Source of the DNA: Candidatus Poribacteria bacterium | GTDB lineage: Bacteria > Poribacteria > WGA-4E > WGA-3G | Assembly: GCA_003635195.1 (NCBI GenBank) | Contig: PYIY01000203.1 | Location: 781-64,780, forward strand | Length of the DNA stretch: 64,000 bases | Direction: 5' to 3' | Part shown: positions 18,271-27,443 of the stretch, one piece after another | How positions within the stretch are numbered: position 1 is the first letter of the stretch | How the letters are laid out: every line of letters begins with the position of its first letter | Position numbers and translations under genes: made by a program | The notes under the pieces: model-generated | The model's input: only the letters and a program-made list of their open reading frames with translations | What the model was told of the DNA's origin: nothing | Database searches by the model: none

Positions 18271-18999
18271 TTGCAAAGTGTAGGAATTATCCCAGCTCGC
18301 TATGCCTCAAGCCGTTTTGAAGGCAAGCCGTTGGTGAATCTCCTCGGCAAGCCGATGGTGCAACACGTCTACGAAAGCGCGTGTTGCGCAGAAACGCTGG
18401 ATGAAGTCATTATCGCAACGGACGACCACCGGATTTATGACGCTGTAACCAAATTCGGTGGAAACGTTCAGATGACCGGCGAATGCGAAACCGGCACCGA
18501 ACGCGTCGCTGTTGTGGCAAAACAGTTGAAATGCGATGTTGTCGCCAATATTCAAGGTGACGAGCCGTTACTCAAACCTGACCAGATAGACCTGATGCTG
18601 CAACCTCTCCTTGACAATCCCGAGGTACAGGTTTGCACATTAAAACAACGGGTTAAAACGCCAGTAGATTATCGAGATATCAACGTCGTGAAGGTTGTTA
18701 CAAATACTTGTGGCAACGCGTTATACTTCTCGCGTGCCTCCATCCCCGGTAAAATCGCTGAAGCGGAGCTGCACAAATTTCCTGTATTTCGACATGTAGG
18801 TTTGTATGCTTATAGGCGCGAGCAGCTCCTTGCTTTCACAAGTTGGGATAGAACGCCTTACGAGCTGGCAGAGGGTTTGGAACAACTGCGATTTTTGGAA
18901 AACGGTGTTCCTATTCATGTTGTCGAAACGGATACGCCACTGATTGGCGTTGATGTTCCCGCCGACTTGGAACGGGTAAAACGGATTTTAGGAGGGTGA
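18271..18999 (+). CDS. kdsB: 3-deoxy-manno-octulosonate cytidylyltransferase
   Basis: IIPARYASSRFEGKPL, IQGDEPL. 242 aa. TTG start behind AAGGGAG. Confidence 0.9.
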   Translation: MQSVGIIPARYASSRFEGKPLVNLLGKPMVQHVYESACCAETLDEVIIATDDHRIYDAVTKFGGNVQMTGECETGTERVAVVAKQLKCDVVANIQGDEPLLKPDQIDLMLQPLLDNPEVQVCTLKQRVKTPVDYRDINVVKVVTNTCGNALYFSRASIPGKIAEAELHKFPVFRHVGLYAYRREQLLAFTSWDRTPYELAEGLEQLRFLENGVPIHVVETDTPLIGVDVPADLERVKRILGG

Positions 19000-19003
19000 T
19001 GTA

Positions 19004-19237
19004 ATGACTGTCCAGGAATTAAAAGAAGTTTTGGAACAGCGTTTTGAGCGTCTTGAGACGGATCTAAAAGAGATTCGCGATGATATGCGTGATTTACGGA
19101 GTAAATTAGACCAAGCTTTAGAGTTGCTAAATTACCAGCGCGGTCAACAAGAGTTCTCTGCACGTTTTTGGAAACATGCTGCGTGGATTGTCCCGACTTC
19201 GATCGCCCTAGTGGCACTTATCAAAACTTTTCTTTGA
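19004..19237 (+). CDS. hypothetical coiled-coil protein with C-terminal TM
   Basis: 77 aa. It starts 4 nt after kdsB. C-terminal WIVPTSIALVALI. Confidence 0.4.
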   Translation: MTVQELKEVLEQRFERLETDLKEIRDDMRDLRSKLDQALELLNYQRGQQEFSARFWKHAAWIVPTSIALVALIKTFL

Positions 19238-19282
19238 AGAACAACATAAGGAGCATGCTACAGGTAGCACTATTATATAAAA

Positions 19283-20914
19283 ATGACAAAATACATTTTT
19301 GTGACAGGCGGCGTTATCTCAGGCATCGGCAAAGGCATCACAACGGCATCTCTTGGCAGATTGCTTATCAATCGCGGGTTCAAGGTGATTGTCGTCAAAA
19401 TTGATCCGTATCTCAACGTCGATGCGGGTGTGATGAATCCATTCCAACATGGTGAGGTTTTCGTCACCCGTGATGGCGCGGAAACCGATCTTGATCTTGG
19501 GAATTATGAGCGGTTTCTCGGCATCGATCTGAACAAATATTCTAACTTTACGACAGGTTCCGTCTATAAGGAAGTGATTGAGAAAGAGCGACGGGGGGAC
19601 TATCTCGGCGAAACGGTGCAGCTGATTCCACATATTACGGATGAGATCAAGCGCCGCATCTACCAGATCGGTGAGGATAATGAGGCTGAAATCGTCATTA
19701 CGGAAATAGGCGGAACTATCGGCGACTTTGAGATGCCGCCGTTCGTCGAAGCCATCCGACAAATGGCAGTTGAGGTCGGACGCGAGAATGCGATGTTCCT
19801 TCATGTGTCGCTCATTTATACTTTACCCAAGGGCGAAAGCAAGAGTAAACCGACACAGCACAGCATCCGCAAACTTCAAGAACTGGGGGTCCTACCAGAT
19901 GTCCTGCTCTGTCGGACGAGTCAGACGTTGGAGGAAGCCTTTCGTCGGAAAATCGCGCTCCTCTGCGGTATCTCTGAAGAATGTATTTTTGAAGGATTAG
20001 ACACAAAATGCGTTGATGAAATTCCTCTTAATTTTGAACGCCAAGGGATGGGACATCTCGTTTCAAAGAAGCTTGGACTTGAAGCACGCGCCCCCATGGA
20101 TGCCGAATGGTCGGCGATGGTCGAAAAGCTGAAAAACCCGAAACGACACGTCCGAGTTGCGATTGTCGGAAAATACACAACAGGCAACGATGCCTATATC
20201 AGTGTACAGGAAGCCCTCAAACACGGTGGGATTGCTAACGAAGCATCTGTTGAAATTGAGTGGATTGAAGCGGAGTCGCTCACGGAACATCCGAACCTTG
20301 ATTCCGTGTTTGAAGATATTGACGGTATCCTCGTCCCTGGTGGATTCGGCTATCGAGGGATTGAAGGGATGTTGGTTGCCGTGCAATATGCCCGTGAAAA
20401 TAGAATTCCGTATTTAGGGTTATGCCTCGGTATGCAGTGTCTCGTAATTGAGTTTGCTCGGCACGTGGCGAACCTTGAAAAGGCAAATAGCACAGAAGTA
20501 GATGAGAAAACACCTTATCCGGTTATAGACTTAATGCCTGAACAACGCTCAATAGCCGACCTCGGCGCAACAATGCGACTCGGACATTATCCATGTGTAC
20601 TTAAAGAAGATACCAAAAGTTATACCGCTTATCAGCAGCCTATTATTCTCGAACGACACCGTCATCGCTATGAATTAAATAATTTATATCGCTCGCAATT
20701 AGAATCGGCAGGGCTCTGCTTTAGCGGGTTGTCGCCGGATGAAAGTCTCGTCGAAATCGCTGAGGTAACGGATCATCCGTGGATGGTCGGTTCACAATTC
20801 CACCCTGAATTTCAATCGAAACCGCTGGCACCGCATCCGCTTTTCCGTGAATTCATCGCAGCGGTCCTTTCTTATCAGCTGAAAAATAAAGATATAGAGG
20901 GAGATAAAAAATAA
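19283..20914 (+). CDS. pyrG: CTP synthase
   Basis: MTKYIFVTGGVISGIGKGITTASLG and the GATase block GLCLGMQ. 543 aa. Confidence 0.97.
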   Translation: MTKYIFVTGGVISGIGKGITTASLGRLLINRGFKVIVVKIDPYLNVDAGVMNPFQHGEVFVTRDGAETDLDLGNYERFLGIDLNKYSNFTTGSVYKEVIEKERRGDYLGETVQLIPHITDEIKRRIYQIGEDNEAEIVITEIGGTIGDFEMPPFVEAIRQMAVEVGRENAMFLHVSLIYTLPKGESKSKPTQHSIRKLQELGVLPDVLLCRTSQTLEEAFRRKIALLCGISEECIFEGLDTKCVDEIPLNFERQGMGHLVSKKLGLEARAPMDAEWSAMVEKLKNPKRHVRVAIVGKYTTGNDAYISVQEALKHGGIANEASVEIEWIEAESLTEHPNLDSVFEDIDGILVPGGFGYRGIEGMLVAVQYARENRIPYLGLCLGMQCLVIEFARHVANLEKANSTEVDEKTPYPVIDLMPEQRSIADLGATMRLGHYPCVLKEDTKSYTAYQQPIILERHRHRYELNNLYRSQLESAGLCFSGLSPDESLVEIAEVTDHPWMVGSQFHPEFQSKPLAPHPLFREFIAAVLSYQLKNKDIEGDKK

Positions 20915-22179
20915 TGGCCAACGCAGCCCCTGTCCGTTCCCGAGCATGGTACGGAGATGAGGAACTGACTTTGAATTTTCCGACCAGTTGGGAAGTCGAA
21001 GTGTTGGGTCCTAAAGACGCGCCTGCGCTTTCTGATGCACAAATTGAACAGGCATTTGCTGAACCGATCGGCACGCCTCGTATGTCGGAACTCGCGAAGG
21101 GCAAAAGGAGTGCTGCTATTGTCGTTGACGACTTGAGTCGTCCGACGCCTGCGGCGAAAGTTATCCCGTTTATCCTGCGTGAGTTAGCATCGGGGGGTAT
21201 CCCTAAATCCGAAATTCGGTTCGTTTTCGGGGTCGGGGCGCATCGTCCCCTAAGAGACGAAGATATAATCAAAAAGATTGGTGCGGACATCGCCGCTGAA
21301 TATGAGGTATCCAACCATAACTTTATGAGCGGTGACCTACGTTCATTCGGCAGCCTTGAGAACGGCATGCCTATCTACCTCAATCGCGTTGTCGCTGATG
21401 CGGATTTCAAAATCTGTCTCGGTGGTATCTATCCTCACAGTTCCGTCGGTTTTAGTGGCGGTGCGAAGTTAATTGTCCCCGGTATCTCAGGCTTTACTAC
21501 CATGTTCTATTTCCATACATTTCCACCTGGCCGAGGTCCCGCAATAATTGAGGGAGAGAGTGATGAACCGGATCGTCGCGATTGTGCTGAATTAACGGCT
21601 GGCGTGTTAGGACTTGATATTATCGCCAATGTTGTGCTTAATAGTCGTCGTGAAATTTGTGGGTTGTTCGTGGGTAATTTTATAAAGGCGCATCGTAAAG
21701 GCGCGCATTTTGCAATGGATACCTACAGCACAGAGATACCAGAGACGAATCAAACAGCATCAGATCTGGTGGTGATTAACTGCTATCCGCTTGATGCTGA
21801 TGCTATCCAACTTGATAAAGCATTGGGGGCTTTAACCTATTTTGAAAACGCTTATACAATGGCACTCTACCCCGCGAGCGACAGTAGCTGCTACCACGGA
21901 CTGTTTGATCGGATTGATTATACGCGCTATCTTCGGCAGCGAGCGGAACAGGTGCCCCCTGAACTGCCCACACCGAAAATCGGGCGTCGCGGGCAACTGC
22001 ATGTCTGGTCTGAGTATTTTCTGGCAGATGATTTCTACAAGGAATATCCAGCCTCGCTACTCTTCCGCGACTTAGAACAACTGATTCAATTGTTCGCAGC
22101 GGAGCTGCCAGCACGTGCTAAAGTTACGATTCTACCTGTCGCCGGGACTCAGGTGCTAATACCGGCTGCTTCTGAATAA
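20914..22179 (+). CDS. LarA-like (DUF2088) nickel-pincer-dependent racemase/epimerase family protein 1
   Basis: EPIGTPRMSELAKGKRSAAIVVDDLSRPTP, GVGAHRP, YPHSSVGFSGGAKLIVPGI. These are the positions of LarA His108, His174 and Lys184. The ATG overlaps the pyrG TAA (TAATG). Confidence 0.75.
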   Translation: MANAAPVRSRAWYGDEELTLNFPTSWEVEVLGPKDAPALSDAQIEQAFAEPIGTPRMSELAKGKRSAAIVVDDLSRPTPAAKVIPFILRELASGGIPKSEIRFVFGVGAHRPLRDEDIIKKIGADIAAEYEVSNHNFMSGDLRSFGSLENGMPIYLNRVVADADFKICLGGIYPHSSVGFSGGAKLIVPGISGFTTMFYFHTFPPGRGPAIIEGESDEPDRRDCAELTAGVLGLDIIANVVLNSRREICGLFVGNFIKAHRKGAHFAMDTYSTEIPETNQTASDLVVINCYPLDADAIQLDKALGALTYFENAYTMALYPASDSSCYHGLFDRIDYTRYLRQRAEQVPPELPTPKIGRRGQLHVWSEYFLADDFYKEYPASLLFRDLEQLIQLFAAELPARAKVTILPVAGTQVLIPAASE

Positions 22180-22233
22180 AACAAGGTAATCTTTCCCTAT
22201 ATTCTTAAATCCGCGATCCAAAAATGGAGGGCA

Positions 22234-23496
22234 ATGATGAACGACACTGCTACAGTTTACTCTCGTGCTTGGTACGGGGATGAAGAACTGACTTTAAATT
22301 TTCCAACCGGCTGGGAAGTAGAGGTGCTTGGACCGAAAGACGCGCCCGTGCTTTCGGATACACAAATTGAACAGGCATTTGCCGAACCGATCGGCACACC
22401 CCGTATATCGGAACTCGCGAAAGCGAAAAAAAGTGCTGCTATCGTTGTTGATGACCTGAGCCGTCCGACCCCAGCAGCGAAGGTTATCCCCGTACTTCTG
22501 CGTGAATTAGCCGGCGCAGGGGTACCGAAGTCCGAAATCCGATTTGTTGTGGGTGGTGGTTCTCACCGACCCCTCACTGCTGAAGAGGTAGCGAAGAAGA
22601 TTGGGGCGGGTGTCGCTGCTGAATATGAGGCAACGAGCCACGACTTTATGAGCGGTGATCTGCGTGCCTTAGGAAATCTTAGTAACGGGATGCCTATTTA
22701 TCTCAATCGTGTCGTTGCTGATGCGGATTTCAAAATTTGTCTTGGCGGTATCTATCCACACGGGTCCGTCGGTTTCGGTGGCGGCGCGAAATTGGTCGTG
22801 CCGGGCATCGCCGGTTTCGCCACAATGTTCTATTTCCATACTTTCTCACCCGGACGCGGACACGCTGTTATAGAAAGAAAAGGTAGTGAACCGGATCATC
22901 GCGATTTCGCTGAGGAAGTAGCGGGTGTCCTCGGACTTGATGTAATTGTCAACACGGTACTCAACAGTCGCCGTGAAATCTGTGGGTTGTTCGTAGGTGA
23001 TTTTGTGCAGGCGCATCGTCAAGGCGCGCATTTCGCTTTAGACACTTATGGCACAGAGATACCGGAAACGAGTCGAAAAGAGACCGATCTGGTTGTCCTC
23101 AACTGCTATCCACTTGACAGCGATCCGATCCAAACGGGTAAAGCGTTGTGGGCGACGCATTATTTTGAGAAGGCCTATAAAATGGCACTCAACCCCGCGT
23201 CAGACGGTATCTGCTATCATGGGCTGTTTGAGGAGATTGATTATGCACGCTTCTCACAACAGAGGGCGGAGAGAACGCAATCTGAGCTCCCACCCCCACA
23301 ACTCGGAACGCAAGATCAACTGCACGTCTGGTCAGAACACTTTTTAGTGGATGACTTTTACAAGAAACACCCGGGTGCCCTCCTCTTTAGAGACCTCGAT
23401 CAGTTGATCGCTCTGTTCGCTGAGAAACTACCATCGCAGGCGAAAGTTGCTGTTCTGCCTTCCGCTGGAATTCAGGTGTTAGCACCGGAGAAATAG
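22234..23496 (+). CDS. LarA-like (DUF2088) protein 2, tandem paralog
   Basis: Same blocks as the first copy: DDLSRPTP, GGGSHRP, YPHGSVGFGGGAKLVVPGI. Confidence 0.75.
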   Translation: MMNDTATVYSRAWYGDEELTLNFPTGWEVEVLGPKDAPVLSDTQIEQAFAEPIGTPRISELAKAKKSAAIVVDDLSRPTPAAKVIPVLLRELAGAGVPKSEIRFVVGGGSHRPLTAEEVAKKIGAGVAAEYEATSHDFMSGDLRALGNLSNGMPIYLNRVVADADFKICLGGIYPHGSVGFGGGAKLVVPGIAGFATMFYFHTFSPGRGHAVIERKGSEPDHRDFAEEVAGVLGLDVIVNTVLNSRREICGLFVGDFVQAHRQGAHFALDTYGTEIPETSRKETDLVVLNCYPLDSDPIQTGKALWATHYFEKAYKMALNPASDGICYHGLFEEIDYARFSQQRAERTQSELPPPQLGTQDQLHVWSEHFLVDDFYKKHPGALLFRDLDQLIALFAEKLPSQAKVAVLPSAGIQVLAPEK

Positions 23497-24039
23497 ATGC
23501 AGATACCTCAAGAAAGCCCTACGGGTAATGCTTTCCTGCAAAACGTTAATACTTTCCTCGGTAAAATCGAAACCGGCGCGTTGTGTCTCATTGTCGCGAT
23601 GATGCTCGGACTCGCGATCCTCAAAATCGTCATGCGGTATGTGTTCAGCGCGAGTCTGTTATGGAGCGATATAATGCTGCAACACTTGACGCTCTGGCTC
23701 TGCTTCTTCGGTGCAGCACTCGCTACCTGTGAGAGACGACATATTAGTATTGATGTCCTGAATCGGATTCTACCGGGAAGCGTCACGCGCTGGACGAACC
23801 TCGTTATTGACTGTATTGCCTTGGTCGTTGTCGGGATTTTAGCGTATTACGGGTTTCTCTTTATTGAAGATGAGAAGTCCAGCGAGGCGATATTAATTGG
23901 GAGTGTTCCATTATGGTGGGCGAAAACTATTATTCCATACGGTTTGGTTCTCATCGGTGTTCATGTGGTGCTTCAGATTGGTATCTATCTAACAAATAGT
24001 GCGGATACGCCAGATGCTATTGAAGGAGAATCCGACTGA
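23497..24039 (+). CDS. dctQ: TRAP transporter small permease
   Basis: 180 aa with 4 TM. It abuts the preceding stop and overlaps dctM (TGATG). Confidence 0.8.
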   Translation: MQIPQESPTGNAFLQNVNTFLGKIETGALCLIVAMMLGLAILKIVMRYVFSASLLWSDIMLQHLTLWLCFFGAALATCERRHISIDVLNRILPGSVTRWTNLVIDCIALVVVGILAYYGFLFIEDEKSSEAILIGSVPLWWAKTIIPYGLVLIGVHVVLQIGIYLTNSADTPDAIEGESD

Positions 24040-25325
24040 TGGGACTCATAATCGGCATCGGTTTGATAGGCTTTGCCCTTCTCGGTGGTGCGCTTTTCGT
24101 TTTACTCGGTGGTGCCTCAATTATTGGCTACGCCATGGCAGGCGAACCCATCTCAACAATCCTGATTGATTTCAATCGGCTCACCCGGAATTCGACAATC
24201 CTGATTATCCCGCTCTTCACCTTTGCAGGATACATTATCGCTGAGGGGAAGGCACCGCAACGATTGGTGGCATTCGCACGTGCGAGTGTCGGCTGGTTAC
24301 CGGGCGGTATTGCTGTGGTCGTCCTCGGTACATGTGCTTTCTTTACCACTTTCACAGGCGCGTCTGGCGTAACGATTATCGCACTCGGCGGGTTGGTCTA
24401 TCCGATTCTACGGCAAACCTATAATGAAAAATTTTCGCTCGGCTTGATAACGGCTTCTGGGAGTATCGGACTTCTCTTTCCACCGAGCGTTCCCCTCATC
24501 CTCTATGCGATTATTGCCCAGGTTCCTATTGACAGGATGTTCCTCGCGGGTATTATTCCGGGTATCCTGATTCTCGGTATCCTGAGTCTCTACTGTTGCG
24601 GATGGAGTGTTCGCAAAAAGACTGAGACAACACCGTTTGATTTGACGATTTTCCTGAAAACGCTTTGGGAAGCGAAATGGGAACTCCTGCTGCCGTTTAT
24701 TGTGTTAGGTGGTATTCTGTCTGGTGTCGTTACACTCGACGAGGCGGCTGCTTTAACTGCTATCTATGCCTGTGTCGTAGAAATAGGCATCCACCGTTCG
24801 ATTTCGTTGAAAGTGTTACCGCGCATCGTCAAGGAGAGTACTTTACTTGTCGGTGCGATTCTCATTATTCTCGGTATCGCTTTGGGGTTAACAAACTACC
24901 TCATTACGCTTGATGTGCCGACAGCCGTCCTCGACTGGATCCAATCAACAACAGAGAGTCGCATTATTACACTCATCGGACTCAACGTCTTCCTGCTCAT
25001 TATTGGGTGTCTGATGGACATCTTTTCAGCGATAATTATTGTGGTGCCGTTGCTATTGCCTATTGCTGAGCAATTTGGGATTGACAAGGCGCATCTCGGC
25101 ATCATCGTCTTAACCAACCTCGAAATCGGATATTTGACCCCGCCTGTCGGAATGAATCTGTTTATCTCGAGTATGAAATTTGATCGGTCTGTCGTGCTGC
25201 TTTACCGTTCTGTTCTCTTATTTATCGCGCTGTTGTTGGTAGCACTCGTCTTGGTGACGTATGTGCCGGCGTTGAGTCTCTGGCTCCCGCAAGTCTTTGG
25301 AAAAACATCAGCACCGCTTCTCTAA
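24039..25325 (+). CDS. dctM: TRAP transporter large permease
   Basis: 428-aa polytopic protein with DctM-type blocks (FTGASGVTIIALGG, LEIGYLTPPVGMNLF). Confidence 0.9.
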   Translation: MGLIIGIGLIGFALLGGALFVLLGGASIIGYAMAGEPISTILIDFNRLTRNSTILIIPLFTFAGYIIAEGKAPQRLVAFARASVGWLPGGIAVVVLGTCAFFTTFTGASGVTIIALGGLVYPILRQTYNEKFSLGLITASGSIGLLFPPSVPLILYAIIAQVPIDRMFLAGIIPGILILGILSLYCCGWSVRKKTETTPFDLTIFLKTLWEAKWELLLPFIVLGGILSGVVTLDEAAALTAIYACVVEIGIHRSISLKVLPRIVKESTLLVGAILIILGIALGLTNYLITLDVPTAVLDWIQSTTESRIITLIGLNVFLLIIGCLMDIFSAIIIVVPLLLPIAEQFGIDKAHLGIIVLTNLEIGYLTPPVGMNLFISSMKFDRSVVLLYRSVLLFIALLLVALVLVTYVPALSLWLPQVFGKTSAPLL

Positions 25326-25362
25326 ACCACTTCCGCTTCTATTGACAAGATTTCCGCGTAGG

Positions 25363-25520
25363 ATTCGGTTCGGTTAGGAAACCGCGAAGAAATACGCAGA
25401 AACACCCAAGCAATACGCAGAAATACCCAAGCAAAAACACCCCTATCAAAAACTCTACCGGACCTGGGTATCCAGGCGGTTGTTTTTTCTAAAATTGACA
25501 CTTATGGTGCGGTTTCCAAC
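25363..25520. repeat. Dispersed mosaic repeat (same family as 31005-31379)
   Basis: 25388-25435 is 48/48 identical to 31042-31089. 25475-25507 is 32/33 identical to 31319-31351. A GGTTCGGTT-AGGA-AACCGCG hairpin remnant and CTACCGGACCTGGG are also present. Confidence 0.85.
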
Positions 25521-25533
25521 TGCCCCCGACCCG

Positions 25534-25568
25534 AAAAAAATAAGTCTGGCGATAGAATCACCAGACTT
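25534..25568 (-). terminator. Rho-independent terminator (minus strand)
   Basis: AAGTCTGG / CCAGACTT forms a perfect 8-bp stem with an 11-nt loop. On the minus strand it is followed by ATTTTTTT. It lies 40 nt past the stop of the 25608 gene. Confidence 0.7.
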
Positions 25569-25607
25569 AGAAAGCACGGTTTATACTTCAGCATTCAGGA
25601 ATATGGT

Positions 25608-26402
25608 TTATTGGGTTGCCTTCAATTTACCCCACGTAACAGCCAGTTTTCCGACGGCTTCGACATCCAAACTGACTGCCATCATATCCTTAATCTCGTT
25701 TTCCTCTAAGGCACGTGCCCAAAATGAGATTTCGTCAATGATACCGTCTGCTCCGTTGGTCAGCGCGATATACTGAACGGTTTCCCAACCGAATCTCGGT
25801 TTTTCGTGAAGTGCTGGAAAGCCTCCGCCAATCTTGCGGCTTGTTGCTTGCTCTTTACCATCAATATAGATAAATGGGGGTTCGCCGCCGAAATCCCACG
25901 TGACAGCACAATGGAACCATTCCTCTTTTTTGATGATACCTGTCGGGTCGAATTCGACATCTTGCCAGTCGCCGTCGTCTGCTGCTTCAAAATAGAACCC
26001 GAACTCTGCCGGTGTGATGTCTGGGTGTGCAGACCCTTTTCCTACGAAGAAGTAGATACCACCAAGACTCGCATCAAAAAGCCTGTAGTCGTCGTCATCT
26101 TTGCCATCCCAATCCGGTTTGAACCAGAACAGCAGACTTCCCGCTTCTGTAATAACTTTGGGTACTTCAAGATAGGTTTCCTTGCCTCTGAGGGAAATAC
26201 CAGCACCATATTTACCTTGGCCAGGAACCCATTTCGCTGCGCCACCAAATGTGCCATCCTTGCCGTTCCCTGTGCCATCAACTGCTTTATTGCCGCTGCC
26301 TTCACCAATCCACAGCAGGATATCTTTATCATTAGGGATGCCAGCAAACGCGGAAACGATGACAAATGTACTGATAAGTAAAACCAAATAAACTTGTTTC
26401 AT
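25608..26402 (-). CDS. secreted LamG-like protein, tail GKLAVTWGKLKATQ
   Basis: Signal peptide. LamG pattern GNKAVDGTGNGKDGTFGG..GKYGAGISL. Confidence 0.8.
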   Translation of the reverse strand: MKQVYLVLLISTFVIVSAFAGIPNDKDILLWIGEGSGNKAVDGTGNGKDGTFGGAAKWVPGQGKYGAGISLRGKETYLEVPKVITEAGSLLFWFKPDWDGKDDDDYRLFDASLGGIYFFVGKGSAHPDITPAEFGFYFEAADDGDWQDVEFDPTGIIKKEEWFHCAVTWDFGGEPPFIYIDGKEQATSRKIGGGFPALHEKPRFGWETVQYIALTNGADGIIDEISFWARALEENEIKDMMAVSLDVEAVGKLAVTWGKLKATQ

Positions 26403-26463
26403 AGCCTCTTAACCTCCGAATGCTTAAATTTGAGGAGAATTTTAGCAGCATTCGTAAATTAGG

Positions 26464-26709
26464 TCAACTACTTTTCTTCGGTGCTGTGGATTCTGAGTCA
26501 ACTGCCCCCTCTGGTGAAATGTTCTGTTCTGGCTTTACTGTCATTGATGCTGGGGCTTGTTTTTTCGTAGCGGGTTGTCCTTGACTTAATTTCGGGCGGG
26601 CACGGAACTGGGGAAGCGGTCGCGGCGGCTCATAAGTTGCGTGTATGGGCCGCTGACCTACCGAGTGCTCGATACCGTTTTCTCTGGTTTCAATGGGTTG
26701 TTCTTTCAT
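26464..26709 (-). CDS. small proline/lysine-rich hypothetical protein
   Basis: ATG 26709 overlaps the upstream TGA (ATGA coupling). The 81-aa product is predicted disordered (PPRPLPQFRARPKLSQGQP). Confidence 0.45.
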   Translation of the reverse strand: MKEQPIETRENGIEHSVGQRPIHATYEPPRPLPQFRARPKLSQGQPATKKQAPASMTVKPEQNISPEGAVDSESTAPKKSS

Positions 26710-27236
26710 ATAATCATATCTCCCATCTGTTGATTCAATTTTTCCTGAACCTGCTGGCGGCGGCGGCGCGTCAAAAGGAAATCGTCCTTTAGCATTTGCG
26801 AACCGACCAATAACCATTCTCGATACTGTTCAAATGTAGTCTTGAATGGTTCCAGCGGAAAATCGGGGTTCACTTCCATGTCATAGATGAACCGTTCTAA
26901 ATTGAGGCGTAAGCTCTTGAAGTATTGGGCATTGTGACTCAAATCGGCTATACGATCTGAAATTTTAAGGATAATGTGCAAAAGTGCTAAGAATGCGGCG
27001 CATCCAGCTATAATCAGCCATGTTAATTTGCCTGTTGGTGTTCCCCATAACATCCATCCTATCATAACTGAACCGATGGTTGTAATCGTTACAATGCTCT
27101 TAATGAACCCATCTATCGGTCTCCATATCTGAAGCACTGAGGTCATAAGACTTTCGGCGTAAGCGACGCGGTAGAAGGTTTCAAGTGCTGTCTGCCAAAG
27201 TAGGTCTTTCTGATATTCTTCAGCAGTTTTTTGCAT
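26706..27236 (-). CDS. 2-TM helical-hairpin membrane protein (SLATT/DUF4231-like architecture, tentative)
   Basis: AAGGAG RBS before ATG 27236. An N-terminal helix is followed by two adjacent TMs (IVTITTIGSVMIGWMLWG, LTWLIIAGCAAFLALLHIIL) and a helical tail. Confidence 0.55.
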   Translation of the reverse strand: MQKTAEEYQKDLLWQTALETFYRVAYAESLMTSVLQIWRPIDGFIKSIVTITTIGSVMIGWMLWGTPTGKLTWLIIAGCAAFLALLHIILKISDRIADLSHNAQYFKSLRLNLERFIYDMEVNPDFPLEPFKTTFEQYREWLLVGSQMLKDDFLLTRRRRQQVQEKLNQQMGDMII

Positions 27237-27443
27237 ATAAGAAGGTCTCCTTTTAGAGATGCATTCCACCACAATGGCAGGCACATCTTAGGTGCTGGTA
27301 CATAGATTTTTTGTAGGTTCTACATCCATTGGTACTTAACGAAAGAAGTTGAGATTCGGTGACACGTTCCTCTTTTCCGTCCCCGAGTAGCGAGAATATA
27401 TAGAAAAGGTTAAGATTCGGAGAATGCTCCTCCAGTTTTGTTA

